Origin: an uncultured delta proteobacterium
GTDB lineage: Bacteria > Desulfobacterota > Binatia > UBA9968
Length of the DNA: 64,000 nt
Reading direction: 5' to 3'
Assembly (NCBI GenBank): GCA_963755715.1
Contig: CAVWLW010000006.1
Location: 35,358-99,357, forward strand
Shown one piece after another: positions 27,828-37,216 of the stretch (position 1 is the stretch's first letter; each line of letters begins with the position of its first letter). Below the pieces are notes generated by a model, which was given only the letters and a program-made list of their open reading frames with translations, was not told where the DNA came from and did no database searches. Both the position numbers and the translations under genes were made by a program.

Positions 27828-29186
27828 TTACTCTTTCGAGTACAAGGCGAGTTTAGCGTTCAATGTTTTGGGGGTGATGCCGAGCAACTGGGCCGCCTGA
27901 GTCTTGTTTCCGCCGGTAGCGCCGAGCGCGCGTTCGATGGCTTGACGTTCGGCTTCGGCCAGAGACATGGGCGCAAGATCGGACGGCTCATCGACGACGT
28001 TTGTCAGACAATACTGCTGAAAATCTTTTGCCGTGAGATCGGGGCCGGGGGCGAGCACGGTGAGGCGTTCCATGGCGTTGCGCAACTCGCGAACGTTGCC
28101 CGGCCAGCTGTGCGCTTGCAGTGCTGCGGCCAAGTCACCCCCCCAGGGCGAGACCGTACGTTGATACTTCGCCGCAAAAGTCTCGAGAAAGTAGCCGGCC
28201 AGCAGTGTGATGTCTTCGCCGCGTTCACGCAGCGGCGGCAACTCCAGGTGAAAAACATTCAATCGATAAAAAAGATCCTGGCGTAGCTTGCCCTCTTTAA
28301 CCGCGCTCGCCGGTTGGCGGTTGGTGGCGGCGACGACCCGAACCGATACGGGCAAACTCTTATTGCCGCCGATGCGGCGGATTTGCCCTTCTTCAAGCAC
28401 GCGCAGAAACTTGGGTTGGATCTCCAGTGCCATCTCGGTAATTTCGTCTAGCAAAAGCGTGCCGCCGTCGGCTTGTTCAAAGCAACCCAGGTGGCGGTCG
28501 ACGGCGCTGGTGAACGCGCCTTTTTCATGGCCAAAGAGCTCGCTCTCCATCAACGTCGGTGAAATCGCCGCACAGTTGAGCGCAAGAAAATTGCCCTCGC
28601 GCCGCGCCGAGAGATCGTGCAGCGTCTGCGCCACCAGTTCTTTGCCGGTGCCGCTTTCGCCGCTCACCAGCACGGCGGCGTCGGTCGGCGCGATTTGGCC
28701 GATCTGCTGATAAAGCCGGCGCATCGGCGCCGACTTGCCGATGAGGGCGCCGTAAGAACCGAGTGGCGACTCCAGACGCTGGCGCAACGCGCCGGCTTCG
28801 CGCGCGAGCGATATTTGTTTCAAGCCTTTTGTAAGGACGTCGCGCAAACGCTGCGGCTCGAGCGGTTTGGGCAGGTAGTCGTAAGCGCCCAGCTTGATCG
28901 CCTGGACCGCCGTGTCGATGCTCGCCTGCCCGGTGACAAAAATGATCGCGATTTTCTCGGTCCGTTCGCCGAGCGCTTCGACAAATTCCAGTCCGTTCAT
29001 GCCCGGCATCATCAAGTCGGTGACGATCGCGTGGGGCAACTCCTCCTCGCATAGTTTCAATGCCGCTTTGCCGTCGGCGGCCAGCGCGACTTGATAGCCC
29101 CAACTTTCCAGCAATACCGCTAGGCCGTCCCGGGTTGCGCCGTCGTCATCGACGACCAGCACGGTGGTTTGCCGCGTTCGAGCCAT
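27828..29186 (-). CDS. sigma54-dependent Fis-family response regulator (NtrC/AtoC type)
   Basis: Receiver domain; GESGTGKE; ESELFGHEKGAFTSA (GAFTGA variant); WPGNVREL; HTH GNKTQAAQLLG. Confidence 0.95.
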   Translation of the reverse strand: MARTRQTTVLVVDDDGATRDGLAVLLESWGYQVALAADGKAALKLCEEELPHAIVTDLMMPGMNGLEFVEALGERTEKIAIIFVTGQASIDTAVQAIKLGAYDYLPKPLEPQRLRDVLTKGLKQISLAREAGALRQRLESPLGSYGALIGKSAPMRRLYQQIGQIAPTDAAVLVSGESGTGKELVAQTLHDLSARREGNFLALNCAAISPTLMESELFGHEKGAFTSAVDRHLGCFEQADGGTLLLDEITEMALEIQPKFLRVLEEGQIRRIGGNKSLPVSVRVVAATNRQPASAVKEGKLRQDLFYRLNVFHLELPPLRERGEDITLLAGYFLETFAAKYQRTVSPWGGDLAAALQAHSWPGNVRELRNAMERLTVLAPGPDLTAKDFQQYCLTNVVDEPSDLAPMSLAEAERQAIERALGATGGNKTQAAQLLGITPKTLNAKLALYSKE

Positions 29187-30719
29187 TTAATGGATCGTCT
29201 CCATCGGCAAAGTTATGCGAAAGGTGGCGCCGGCGTCGTTGTCATCGCGATAGACCAGAGAGCCGCCGTGGGATTCGACGATCAACTGGCTGAGCGGCAA
29301 GCCGATGCCGCTGCCGCCGACTTTGGTCGTCTTGCCGAAATCGAACATCTCAGAGCGGCGTTCCGGCGGCACGCCCGGACCGGCGTCATTGACATCGACG
29401 GTGACGGTATCGCCATTCTTGTGGGCGCTCACGCGAATAGCGCCGCCGCCGGGTTGAGCCTCCATGGCGTTGCGCAAAAGATTGTCGAAAGTTTGTCGCA
29501 GGCGGGTCGCGTCACCCTGGATCGGCCAAGGTCCAGGTGCTAGTTCCGCCGAGAGGGTAATCTTTTTGGCTGCGCAGGCCGAGCCCGCTGCTTCCAAGCT
29601 CGTCGCCAAGACTTCGGCCACATCGATCGGTTTACGCTCCATCGTCACCGGCGCCGAATAATCGGTAAAGTCGCGCACCAGACGATCGACCTGGCGAATG
29701 CTCGAATCGAGGGCAGCGATAGAGCGCTGCGGCTGATCGCCGTCGCTGTGGTCACCACCGGCAATTTTTTCGCGCAGCACTTCGAGGTGAATCGCTAAAG
29801 CATTGAGCGGGGTTTTCACTTCGTGGGCGAGCGTGCGCGCGGCGATCGCCAGGCGCTGCACCGGGGCGGGAGCGCCGACGTTCTTTCTTTGCTTCATCAC
29901 CAAACGATCGATCAAGTCCAGGCTGGCGCCGACTTCATCATGGCTGGCATATTGCGGACGGGCCGCGTAAGTTCCCGCCTCAGCCTGACGCAGGGTGTCG
30001 CTGATCAAACGAAAGCGGCGCGTATAAAGCGCCGTGGTCAGGAAGGCGCTGACCAAGGCGACGCCGGCGCCGAGAGCGAAAAGAAGAATGAACTGACGCC
30101 AAAGTCCCGAGAGCAAACCCGTCCAGTCGGCCGGGTTGATCCATAACCGGAGGCCGCCTGGGCTACGCACCCCCGCGGGCATTTGCAACGGCACCCAAAC
30201 GTCATAATAACTGGCCTTTCCCTCTTTCCTGGTATCGATGACCGTCTCGCCGCGGCGTAGCTTTGCGAGCGCCGCTTCGCTGATCGGCGTTTTATCCTTG
30301 TCATTGTCGATCGAGTTGTAAAGCAGCCGGCCTTCGGCATTAACCACCCACATCGCCTCGATGCTGGCGCTGCGATCGAGGAATGCTTGCATCAAACCTT
30401 TTACCTCGGCCTGACGCGACGGCGTGTAGCGAATCGGCCCGGAAGAGGACCCCGTCGATCTACCCGGCAAGAGATTGCCGAGAAAGTCCCAAAAAGAAGA
30501 TTGCGCCTTTTGTCCTTGGCGCGGTTGCACGACGATCGAGCGCTCACGCAAGCTGTCGGCCAGGGCGATTTCCACTTGGCGCGCCATCAAAAGCGCGGTT
30601 TGCAGCGTCGTTTCCGTCGTGAGTCGCTCGGCAATCCACCAAATGCCGACGCCGAGAATCCCGAAAATGACTACGACCGTGGCGCAAAAGACGGTTACTT
30701 GCTGCTGACGCAGGCTCAT
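29187..30719 (-). CDS. Membrane sensor histidine kinase
   Basis: 2 TM; LAHEVKTPL, NLLRNAMEA, DAGPG, GSGIGL. Confidence 0.92.
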   Translation of the reverse strand: MSLRQQQVTVFCATVVVIFGILGVGIWWIAERLTTETTLQTALLMARQVEIALADSLRERSIVVQPRQGQKAQSSFWDFLGNLLPGRSTGSSSGPIRYTPSRQAEVKGLMQAFLDRSASIEAMWVVNAEGRLLYNSIDNDKDKTPISEAALAKLRRGETVIDTRKEGKASYYDVWVPLQMPAGVRSPGGLRLWINPADWTGLLSGLWRQFILLFALGAGVALVSAFLTTALYTRRFRLISDTLRQAEAGTYAARPQYASHDEVGASLDLIDRLVMKQRKNVGAPAPVQRLAIAARTLAHEVKTPLNALAIHLEVLREKIAGGDHSDGDQPQRSIAALDSSIRQVDRLVRDFTDYSAPVTMERKPIDVAEVLATSLEAAGSACAAKKITLSAELAPGPWPIQGDATRLRQTFDNLLRNAMEAQPGGGAIRVSAHKNGDTVTVDVNDAGPGVPPERRSEMFDFGKTTKVGGSGIGLPLSQLIVESHGGSLVYRDDNDAGATFRITLPMETIH

Positions 30720-30820
30720 GGCAGTTAGAATAACAGATCGGCCTATGCCTGCAAAGTTGCGATTTTTCGGGTAAAAACCCTGCCTTGCGCCTCCTGACCC
30801 TTTATTGCATAGTGAATTAG

Positions 30821-31831
30821 ATGCTCGTCGACGCCTACCAAAGACCGATCAAGGATCTACGCATTTCGGTGACCGACCGGTGCAATTTTCGCTGCAGCTA
30901 TTGCATGCCGCTAGATCACTATGAATGGATCGATAAAAAAGAAATTCTGACCTTTGAAGAGATTACCCGATTGGCCAAGCTGGCGATCGAATTGGGCGTG
31001 GAAAAGATCCGCCTGACCGGCGGCGAGCCGCTGGTGCGCCAGGACTTGCCGCTCCTGATCGAAAAACTGGCTGCGCTCGAGGGGTTGCACGATATTTGTT
31101 TAACCACTAACGGGGCGTTGCTGGGCGAACGCGTCCAAGCCTTGAAACAAGCCGGTTTGCGCCGGGTCAATATCAGCATCGACACTTTGGATGCCGAAAA
31201 GTTCAAACAAATGACCAAACGCGGCGACCTCGACAAGGTGCTCGAAGGAATTTTTGCCGCGAAGGATGCCGGCTTGGCGCCGATCAAATTAAACGCCGTC
31301 GTCGAGCGCGGCGTCAATGACGATGACATCATTCCGCTGGTCGAATTTTCCCGCGAGCACGGCTTTGCCATGCGTTTTATCGAATACATGGATGTCGGCA
31401 ACTCCAACAACTGGACCTCCGCGAAGCTGGTATCGAAAAAGGAGATCATCGAGAAAATCCATTCCCGTTATGCGCTCAGAGAAATCGGTCGTGACCAGGG
31501 TAGCGCGCCGTCGGTGGATTACGAATTTGCCGACGGCCGGGGCGATATCGGCGTGATCGCGTCGGTGTCGGAGCCCTTTTGCGGAAGCTGCACGAGATTG
31601 CGTCTGACGGCGGACGGCAAGATCGTCACCTGCCTGTTTTCGCAGCTGGGTCATGACGTCAAAGGTTTGATGCGCGGTGGCGCGACGGATGACGAGGTTC
31701 GAACCTTCCTGAGCTCGATCTGGCAAAAAAGGACGGATCGTTACTCCGACGAGCGCCTGACGGCGTTAAACTCCGCCACCTACGATCCGAAAAACCATCG
31801 AAAGATCGAAATGATCTCGCTCGGCGGTTAA
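30821..31831 (+). CDS. moaA: GTP 3',8-cyclase
   Basis: LRISVTDRCNFRCSYC radical SAM motif; FCGSC.R.RLTADG...C second cluster; C-terminal GG. Confidence 0.95.
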   Translation: MLVDAYQRPIKDLRISVTDRCNFRCSYCMPLDHYEWIDKKEILTFEEITRLAKLAIELGVEKIRLTGGEPLVRQDLPLLIEKLAALEGLHDICLTTNGALLGERVQALKQAGLRRVNISIDTLDAEKFKQMTKRGDLDKVLEGIFAAKDAGLAPIKLNAVVERGVNDDDIIPLVEFSREHGFAMRFIEYMDVGNSNNWTSAKLVSKKEIIEKIHSRYALREIGRDQGSAPSVDYEFADGRGDIGVIASVSEPFCGSCTRLRLTADGKIVTCLFSQLGHDVKGLMRGGATDDEVRTFLSSIWQKRTDRYSDERLTALNSATYDPKNHRKIEMISLGG

Positions 31832-31852
31832 TTCGTGCAATTTGCGCATCCG

Positions 31853-32131
31853 CTAATCTTTGGGTAGTAGGCCGCGCCGCTCTAGACTGGCACGCTCCTC
31901 CGGAGTCAAGCGTTGCACGGCGACGTAACCGCGGTTTTCGTAGGCGCGGCTGCAACCGTCGACAAAACTTTCACTAAAAAGCGGCCCGATGCCGACGCTT
32001 GAACCGCTGCACTCGGCGGTGGCGCCGGTCTGTGGCTGAATCATTTTTACGGTTTGACTCGTGCAGGCAGGAATTGCGAGCAAGAGAGCAACGAAGCTCA
32101 TGGCGTAAAAGCGCGCCCTTCCGGTTTCCAT
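31853..32131 (-). CDS. Hypothetical lipoprotein
   Basis: Lipobox-like IPAC; P.TG.T.EC...C...YE..GY pattern; RBS GGAGG. Confidence 0.7.
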   Translation of the reverse strand: METGRARFYAMSFVALLLAIPACTSQTVKMIQPQTGATAECSGSSVGIGPLFSESFVDGCSRAYENRGYVAVQRLTPEERASLERRGLLPKD

Positions 32132-32283
32132 ATTCTTGCCTCCTGGCGATCGACGAAAAAATCACCGCAAATTATCAATAGCATTTAGGCGCGCGCGTTA
32201 GAACTCCGGTAACATCAAGGCGAGGATTGCTTGGCGCTATCGATTGGAGATAGCTAGGAGTTCAAATCACTGGAAGGACGAAA

Positions 32284-32322
32284 ATGTCGCTCAAAGACAA
32301 AGTCGTATTTGTGACCGGTTGA
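32284..32322 (+). pseudogene. 12-codon N-terminal remnant of a short-chain dehydrogenase
   Basis: RBS GAAGGA then MSLKDKVVFVTG-stop: a typical SDR start truncated within the TGxxxGxG motif. Confidence 0.55.
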
Positions 32323-32323
32323 A

Positions 32324-33103
32324 ATGCCGCTGGTGCGCAGGTTTTCGTTGTCGAGGGTTGGCTCGGTAGCCGTTATGGGATTGCTGCTCGATGTCACCTT
32401 CGCATTCCCTTCGGGGTACACTGAGTTGAGGATGGCGGCGCTAAAGCAATGCCAAGCGATCGATCCCGCTGACTACCAGAGCGGATTATTTTTCAATCCC
32501 GATGGCTATCGCTCGTACTACGTTCGCTCCGAGTGTTTTCAAAAAACTGCGGTTCAGTTTCGCGATGAAGCCCTGTGCGCTGAAGTGAGACAACGGGTCT
32601 CGCTATTGTCATCCAGTTGGGGCTACTCGAGAACCCGTTGCCGTGAACTTGTCGCACAAGGCGTGGCCTCGGATCGAAAGACGCTGGAAGAGATCAAGCG
32701 GCTTTACATCAAGGGAGCCGTCACGCTGCGTGACTTCCGCGTCGAAAGGAACGGCAACGGTCGTGACTTTGATATCATTCCCTCTTTCGCCGGCGATTAC
32801 GCGCATGGCTACGTTCTTAACTTTGACCTTGTCCCGGTGGATCCCGGCAAAGTCTCGATGCTTCTACACTCCTCCGGCTATTATGTGGATGGAAATAGTA
32901 ACCTACGAGTTTTTCTTAGGCAGGACGAGATTCGCAAGCACTTTCCTGATTTTGCGCTGAACCATCCCTACACAGTCCGCGCAACGTTAATTCTCGACGT
33001 CGGCAATGGCGGTCAATCGGGTTATTGGAGCGATGCTTTTATCGAGCGAGTCTTCCCGATCCGAGAGCGCTCGCAATCAGTCACGAGAGAAATCCGTTTC
33101 TGA
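32324..33103 (+). CDS. Hypothetical exported Cys-containing protein
   Basis: 259-aa ORF; N-terminal hydrophobic segment; 4 Cys in the N-terminal half. Confidence 0.7.
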   Translation: MPLVRRFSLSRVGSVAVMGLLLDVTFAFPSGYTELRMAALKQCQAIDPADYQSGLFFNPDGYRSYYVRSECFQKTAVQFRDEALCAEVRQRVSLLSSSWGYSRTRCRELVAQGVASDRKTLEEIKRLYIKGAVTLRDFRVERNGNGRDFDIIPSFAGDYAHGYVLNFDLVPVDPGKVSMLLHSSGYYVDGNSNLRVFLRQDEIRKHFPDFALNHPYTVRATLILDVGNGGQSGYWSDAFIERVFPIRERSQSVTREIRF

Positions 33104-33124
33104 ATTCCTTCAATTGAGCGACGC

Positions 33125-33898
33125 TCAGCTAGCCATGGCCGCGAGCGATGATTTTAGCAAGTCGGTGAATTTCGCGAGCTGGTTTTGTTCGAGATCGGAC
33201 ACAACCCAAAAATTCATCCCGGAACCCGTCCAACGAATCACACGGTAACCCTGGTGCGTTTTGATGGGACCGCCGGTCTGTGCGCTATTGTCTGAAGGCC
33301 AGATAAAAACGTTGATGACGTGCTTGTCGCGCTGGTAGACCAAAGCGGCGACCGGTCGATTGTTTAAATAATCGAGACGGCCGCCAACCAAAGGAAACCC
33401 CTGCTTGGCCAAGTCACTGACCGGCGGTGAAAAATCCAGCTTGCCATTGAACCAAGGCTTGACCGTATGTTCGTCCGTCGAGGGAACGTCGGCCAAATGA
33501 TTAACCATCAGCGAACGGATATGACTGGCAACGACTTCCTGCGTCAAGATTTGGTCCGACGACGGGCCACCGAAATATGGAACGAGCATCAAGACGACAA
33601 GCGCCGCTGTGGCCAGGGGCGCGGCGATTTTCAACCATGATCCGGAAAACCAACCAGCCGGCGCCTCGGCTTTGGCAGCTTGACGCACCGAGCGCTGGAT
33701 GCGTTTTTCCAAATCGGCAGGTGCTTTGAAATAGAGCGATTCCGTTTTCAGGCCTCCGCGAATAGCTTGGCGGTCGCTATAACTCTGTGCACAACGAGCG
33801 CAGCCGTGCAGATGTTCTTCAATGTCCAAGTTACGCAGCGGATCAAGCTCTCCGTCCACGTAGGCATCGAGTAAGGTCTCTGCGTTCGAGCAATCCAT
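33125..33898 (-). CDS. Anti-sigma factor (zinc-finger HxxxCxxC + TM + PrtR/RsiW-like periplasmic domain)
   Basis: HLHGCARC; HTVKPWFNGKLDFSPPV; GFPLVGGRLDY. Confidence 0.92.
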   Translation of the reverse strand: MDCSNAETLLDAYVDGELDPLRNLDIEEHLHGCARCAQSYSDRQAIRGGLKTESLYFKAPADLEKRIQRSVRQAAKAEAPAGWFSGSWLKIAAPLATAALVVLMLVPYFGGPSSDQILTQEVVASHIRSLMVNHLADVPSTDEHTVKPWFNGKLDFSPPVSDLAKQGFPLVGGRLDYLNNRPVAALVYQRDKHVINVFIWPSDNSAQTGGPIKTHQGYRVIRWTGSGMNFWVVSDLEQNQLAKFTDLLKSSLAAMAS

Positions 33899-33899
33899 T

Positions 33900-34427
33900 C
33901 TAGGGCTTCTCCTTCAGGCGCGAGCACAGAATCTGCTTGAGCCTGCCGCGAGCGCGCGCCAGACGCGACATGACCGTACCCAGAGGAGCGTTGATCACTT
34001 CGGCAATCTGCTTGTAGGACAACTCTTCCAGATCACGTAAAACGATGACTTCGCGAAAATCATCCGGTAGTTCCTCCAATGATACTTTGAGCATCTCCAT
34101 GTCGCTGCTCTTGAGCGCCAACGCCGAGGGATTCAAAGCATCTTTTTCGACAGTATGAATCTCCTCGTCGAAGGAAGTTGTCAGCTGACTGCGGCGGTTT
34201 TGCGCGAGCCAGGTGTAGCAGGTATTGCGCACCGTAGTGAGCAGCCACGCGCGCGCGTCCACGCCGTGAAACCCATCAAAAAATTTAAACGCGCGCAGAG
34301 ATGCCTCCTGCACCATATCCTGTGCATCATGCTCGTTGCGCGTCAGCCAGCGGGCCAGATTATACGCGGCATCGAGATGCGGCAATATGGCCTTTTCGAA
34401 ACGCTCCAGTTTCTCTTTGCCTCCCAA
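33900..34427 (-). CDS. ECF sigma-70 factor
   Basis: HLDAAYNLARWL, DAQDMVQE, SYKQIAEV...GTVMSRLARAR. Confidence 0.93.
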   Translation of the reverse strand: MGGKEKLERFEKAILPHLDAAYNLARWLTRNEHDAQDMVQEASLRAFKFFDGFHGVDARAWLLTTVRNTCYTWLAQNRRSQLTTSFDEEIHTVEKDALNPSALALKSSDMEMLKVSLEELPDDFREVIVLRDLEELSYKQIAEVINAPLGTVMSRLARARGRLKQILCSRLKEKP

Positions 34428-34430
34428 CGT

Positions 34431-34458
34431 TAGACCACTCCTCCAACGATTTTATTCC
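34431..34458 (-). promoter_or_regulatory. Putative autoregulatory ECF promoter GGAAT-N18-GTCTA
   Basis: Lies 3 nt upstream of the sigma TTG start; the same motif precedes the two divergent genes. Confidence 0.55.
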
Positions 34459-34689
34459 CGAAAGAAAGATTGGATCTGAAAAGAATATCGCCTCGAAGTC
34501 TATGCGCGTGCCTGCGGCGAGTCAATCAAGCCGGTTTTGGACACTGATTGGAGAAATTTGCCGCCGGTGTGAATTCTGGGAGCTGCCGACTCTTCTCTAC
34601 CACCGTCCACCCAATTCTTCACGTACATAACCGGTTTGATAACGAGAAAATTCCGCCCGCGACAAAAAGGAAAAATATTTTCGCCGCGC

Positions 34690-34716
34690 GGAATTTCTGA
34701 ATCGGATTTCAGTCTA
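34690..34716 (+). promoter_or_regulatory. Putative ECF promoter GGAAT-N17-GTCTA
   Basis: Upstream of secreted paralog 1. Confidence 0.55.
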
Positions 34717-34758
34717 GTGGGCAGAGGCCGTTCACCGGCCAGAAAGGGGCAAAAAATA

Positions 34759-35072
34759 ATGAAGACCATGAAAGCAGCGTTAGCGATTCTGTCGCTCGCC
34801 GGAAACATGGGGTTCACTACAGCGTCTGCAGCCGGTGTCCCAGGGATCTGATATCCAAAGATGCTTTAGCGGCAGGCGATTACTGTCACATGAAATTCGC
34901 GGCGATTCGGGAGGAGACATTGGGTTCGCCTTATCCGGTTCTTAAAGAAGCGAACGAGGGTGACATCGTCGACTTCTATGGGCCGTGCAACCACGATCCG
35001 CTGGGCAGGGAGGAAGTTCAAGCACAGCTCCTCCAACTGCAGCATCGTCGAGCTCGCGAATATGCGGATTGA
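34759..35072 (+). CDS. Small secreted protein, paralog 1 (frameshift near 34845)
   Basis: Signal peptide MKTMKAALAIL..., then ISKD...YCHMKF...DIVDFYGPCNHDPLG in another frame; homologous to 35386-35688. Confidence 0.75.
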
Positions 35073-35314
35073 CCGCAGCTAAAGATCCAAAGGGGAGAAG
35101 TCCAGTGCTTCTCCTCTTAGGACTTTTTCTCCATCGAATCGATCTTGCTTCTGAAAGGAAAAATTCTGCGATGAATGTCTCAACGTCATGGTTTTATGCG
35201 GTGGCAGCCCCAGTGTCGGTGCGCGCGACAGTGGCGCTGCCTTGGTGCGACTGTCCGATCGGCTCTTGCGGAAACATTCTAGCGGAAACCTTTTCAAGAA
35301 AAGTTTGCTTGCCG

Positions 35315-35342
35315 GGAATTTTTAGCGCTCGGCTCCCGTAAA
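35315..35342 (+). promoter_or_regulatory. Putative ECF promoter GGAAT-N18-GTAAA
   Basis: Upstream of secreted paralog 2. Confidence 0.45.
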
Positions 35343-35385
35343 GCAAAGTAGAGAATGCAATTAAAGCCGAAAGGAGGTGATGAAA

Positions 35386-35688
35386 ATGAAGAGCATCAAG
35401 TTATTGCTGACCGGCATGGCTCTGACAGGAGCGTTGAGCTTAAGCGCAGTGTCAACTCGAGCTGAAACGGTCATCTCGAAGGACGTCTTTGCCAACGGCA
35501 GTTACTGTCACGCGAAGTTCGAGACCATTCGTGACGAAACTTTGGCCTCGTCTCAACCGGTCCTTAAGGACGTCGATGACATCGTCGATTTTTATGGTCC
35601 CTGCGACCATGATCCTCTGGGGAAGGAGGAGATTCAGGCCCAGAAGATCGAGGCGCAACACAGGTTCGCCACGGATTACGAGGATTGA
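35386..35688 (+). CDS. Small secreted protein, paralog 2
   Basis: RBS AAGGAGG; signal peptide; YCHAKF...DIVDFYGPCDHDPLG. Confidence 0.82.
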   Translation: MKSIKLLLTGMALTGALSLSAVSTRAETVISKDVFANGSYCHAKFETIRDETLASSQPVLKDVDDIVDFYGPCDHDPLGKEEIQAQKIEAQHRFATDYED

Positions 35689-35703
35689 AGATTTTGTGAT
35701 GAA

Positions 35704-35745
35704 GCGCCCGGAGGGGAAATGCCCCCTACCGGGCGCCCGCCTTTT
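35704..35745 (+). terminator. Probable intrinsic terminator
   Basis: GCGCCCGG/CCGGGCGC stem with inner AGGGG/CCCCT, followed by a short T-run. Confidence 0.5.
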
Positions 35746-35902
35746 CACAGCGTTAAGTTCAAATTAACTGTCCGGGAATGAAAATTTCGATGAGAATAGT
35801 TTGGTGAAAGACGGAACAATAATGAGAGTTCGCTTCGACTGGAGCGCGCTCACTACGATCGACCGCTTGAATAAATAATCCCGCTTTCGTATTTCCCTGT
35901 AA

Positions 35903-37114
35903 ATGCAATTCCGATCTTTGTCGCGTGATGGCTGGCTTCTCTTCGCCACCTGCGGCGTGCGCTCGTTTGCCTACGGTTTTCTCTCGGTTATTCTCGGTCT
36001 TTATCTCGATACCGTCGGACTGAGTCCGGTGGCGATCGGCTGGATCTTCACGGCCGCGCTGGCGGGCGGTGCGGTGATGACCATCATTATTACCGCGGTC
36101 GCAGACAGGTTTGGGCGACGCGCGCTCTTGATTGTCGGCGCGGTCCTAATGGCGTTGGCCGGCTCGATATTCGCGCTCAGTCGTGATCCGATCCTGCTCA
36201 TGATCGCCGCGGTTATCGGCACGATCAGTCCATCGGGCAAGGAAGTGGGTCCGTTTCTTTCGATCGAGCAAGCCATATTGCCGCAGACAACCCACGACCA
36301 GCAGCGAACTGCGATTTTCTCGGTTTATAATCTCGTTGGATCATTTGCCGGTGCCGTCGGCGCGCTGGCTGTGGCGATTCCATCTCTCCTCTCGCTGTCC
36401 CCAATCAAGGGTTATCGGTTTTTGCTCTGGGGATACGTCTTCGCGGCCACAGTTATGGCGGTCTTGTTCGCTTTGCTATCACGACAAGTAGAAACAAAAA
36501 ACCGCGCCTCGCTTCAAAGCCGGCAATTCGGCGTGCACAAGTCGCGGCAAATCGTCGCCAAGCTTGCCGGGTTGTTTGCGTTGGACGCCTTTGCCGGCGG
36601 CTTTATCGTGCAAAGCATCGTCGCCTACTGGTTTTATCTTCGTTTCAAAACCGACTTGAACTCGCTCGGCGGAATCTTCTTCGGCACCAATTTTCTCTCT
36701 GCCCTGTCATTTCTTGCCGCTCCCGCGATCGCGCGCCGATTCGGGTTATTAAACGCGATGGTCTTCACCCATCTGCCGTCAAATTTTCTGCTGTTGTTCG
36801 TGCCGCTAATGCCCACGCTCGAACTCGCCGTCATCATGCTGCTTGTGCGCAATTCACTATCGCAGCTCGATGTGCCAACGCGCCAGTCCTACACGATGGC
36901 TGTCGTCGATGCCGACGAACGCGCGGCTTCGGCAGGGATTCTCTCGGTCGCCCGCAACGCGGGCGCTGCTGTCGCGCCATTGTTTACCGGGGCAATACTG
37001 GCAGTTCCGACACTGGGATTGCCGTTCTTGCTGGCCGGCGGATTAAAGATAATTTACGATCTGTGGATCTTCGCGGTGTTTCGCAACGTCAAACCGCCCG
37101 AGGAGAGCAGATAG
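35903..37114 (+). CDS. MFS transporter
   Basis: About 12 TM; ADRFGRR motif; GPFLSIEQ; DVPTRQSY. Confidence 0.9.
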   Translation: MQFRSLSRDGWLLFATCGVRSFAYGFLSVILGLYLDTVGLSPVAIGWIFTAALAGGAVMTIIITAVADRFGRRALLIVGAVLMALAGSIFALSRDPILLMIAAVIGTISPSGKEVGPFLSIEQAILPQTTHDQQRTAIFSVYNLVGSFAGAVGALAVAIPSLLSLSPIKGYRFLLWGYVFAATVMAVLFALLSRQVETKNRASLQSRQFGVHKSRQIVAKLAGLFALDAFAGGFIVQSIVAYWFYLRFKTDLNSLGGIFFGTNFLSALSFLAAPAIARRFGLLNAMVFTHLPSNFLLLFVPLMPTLELAVIMLLVRNSLSQLDVPTRQSYTMAVVDADERAASAGILSVARNAGAAVAPLFTGAILAVPTLGLPFLLAGGLKIIYDLWIFAVFRNVKPPEESR

Positions 37115-37216
37115 TCGCACGCGGCGGTAACCCGCGGTCAGGAGTACAGCGTAGAAGTTGACTCGTGGAAGCTCTCTTACAATTCATTCGCATGAATCTC
37201 AGCAAACAAGATTCCA

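Noticed and set aside
32320-32322. TGA after the SDR-like start as Sec/readthrough
   Set aside because: Readthrough gives no GxG or other SDR motifs and soon stops.
34849-34851. TGA in secreted paralog 1 as a second Sec codon
   Set aside because: Homology to paralog 2 continues in a different frame (frameshift), and the position is not a Cys.
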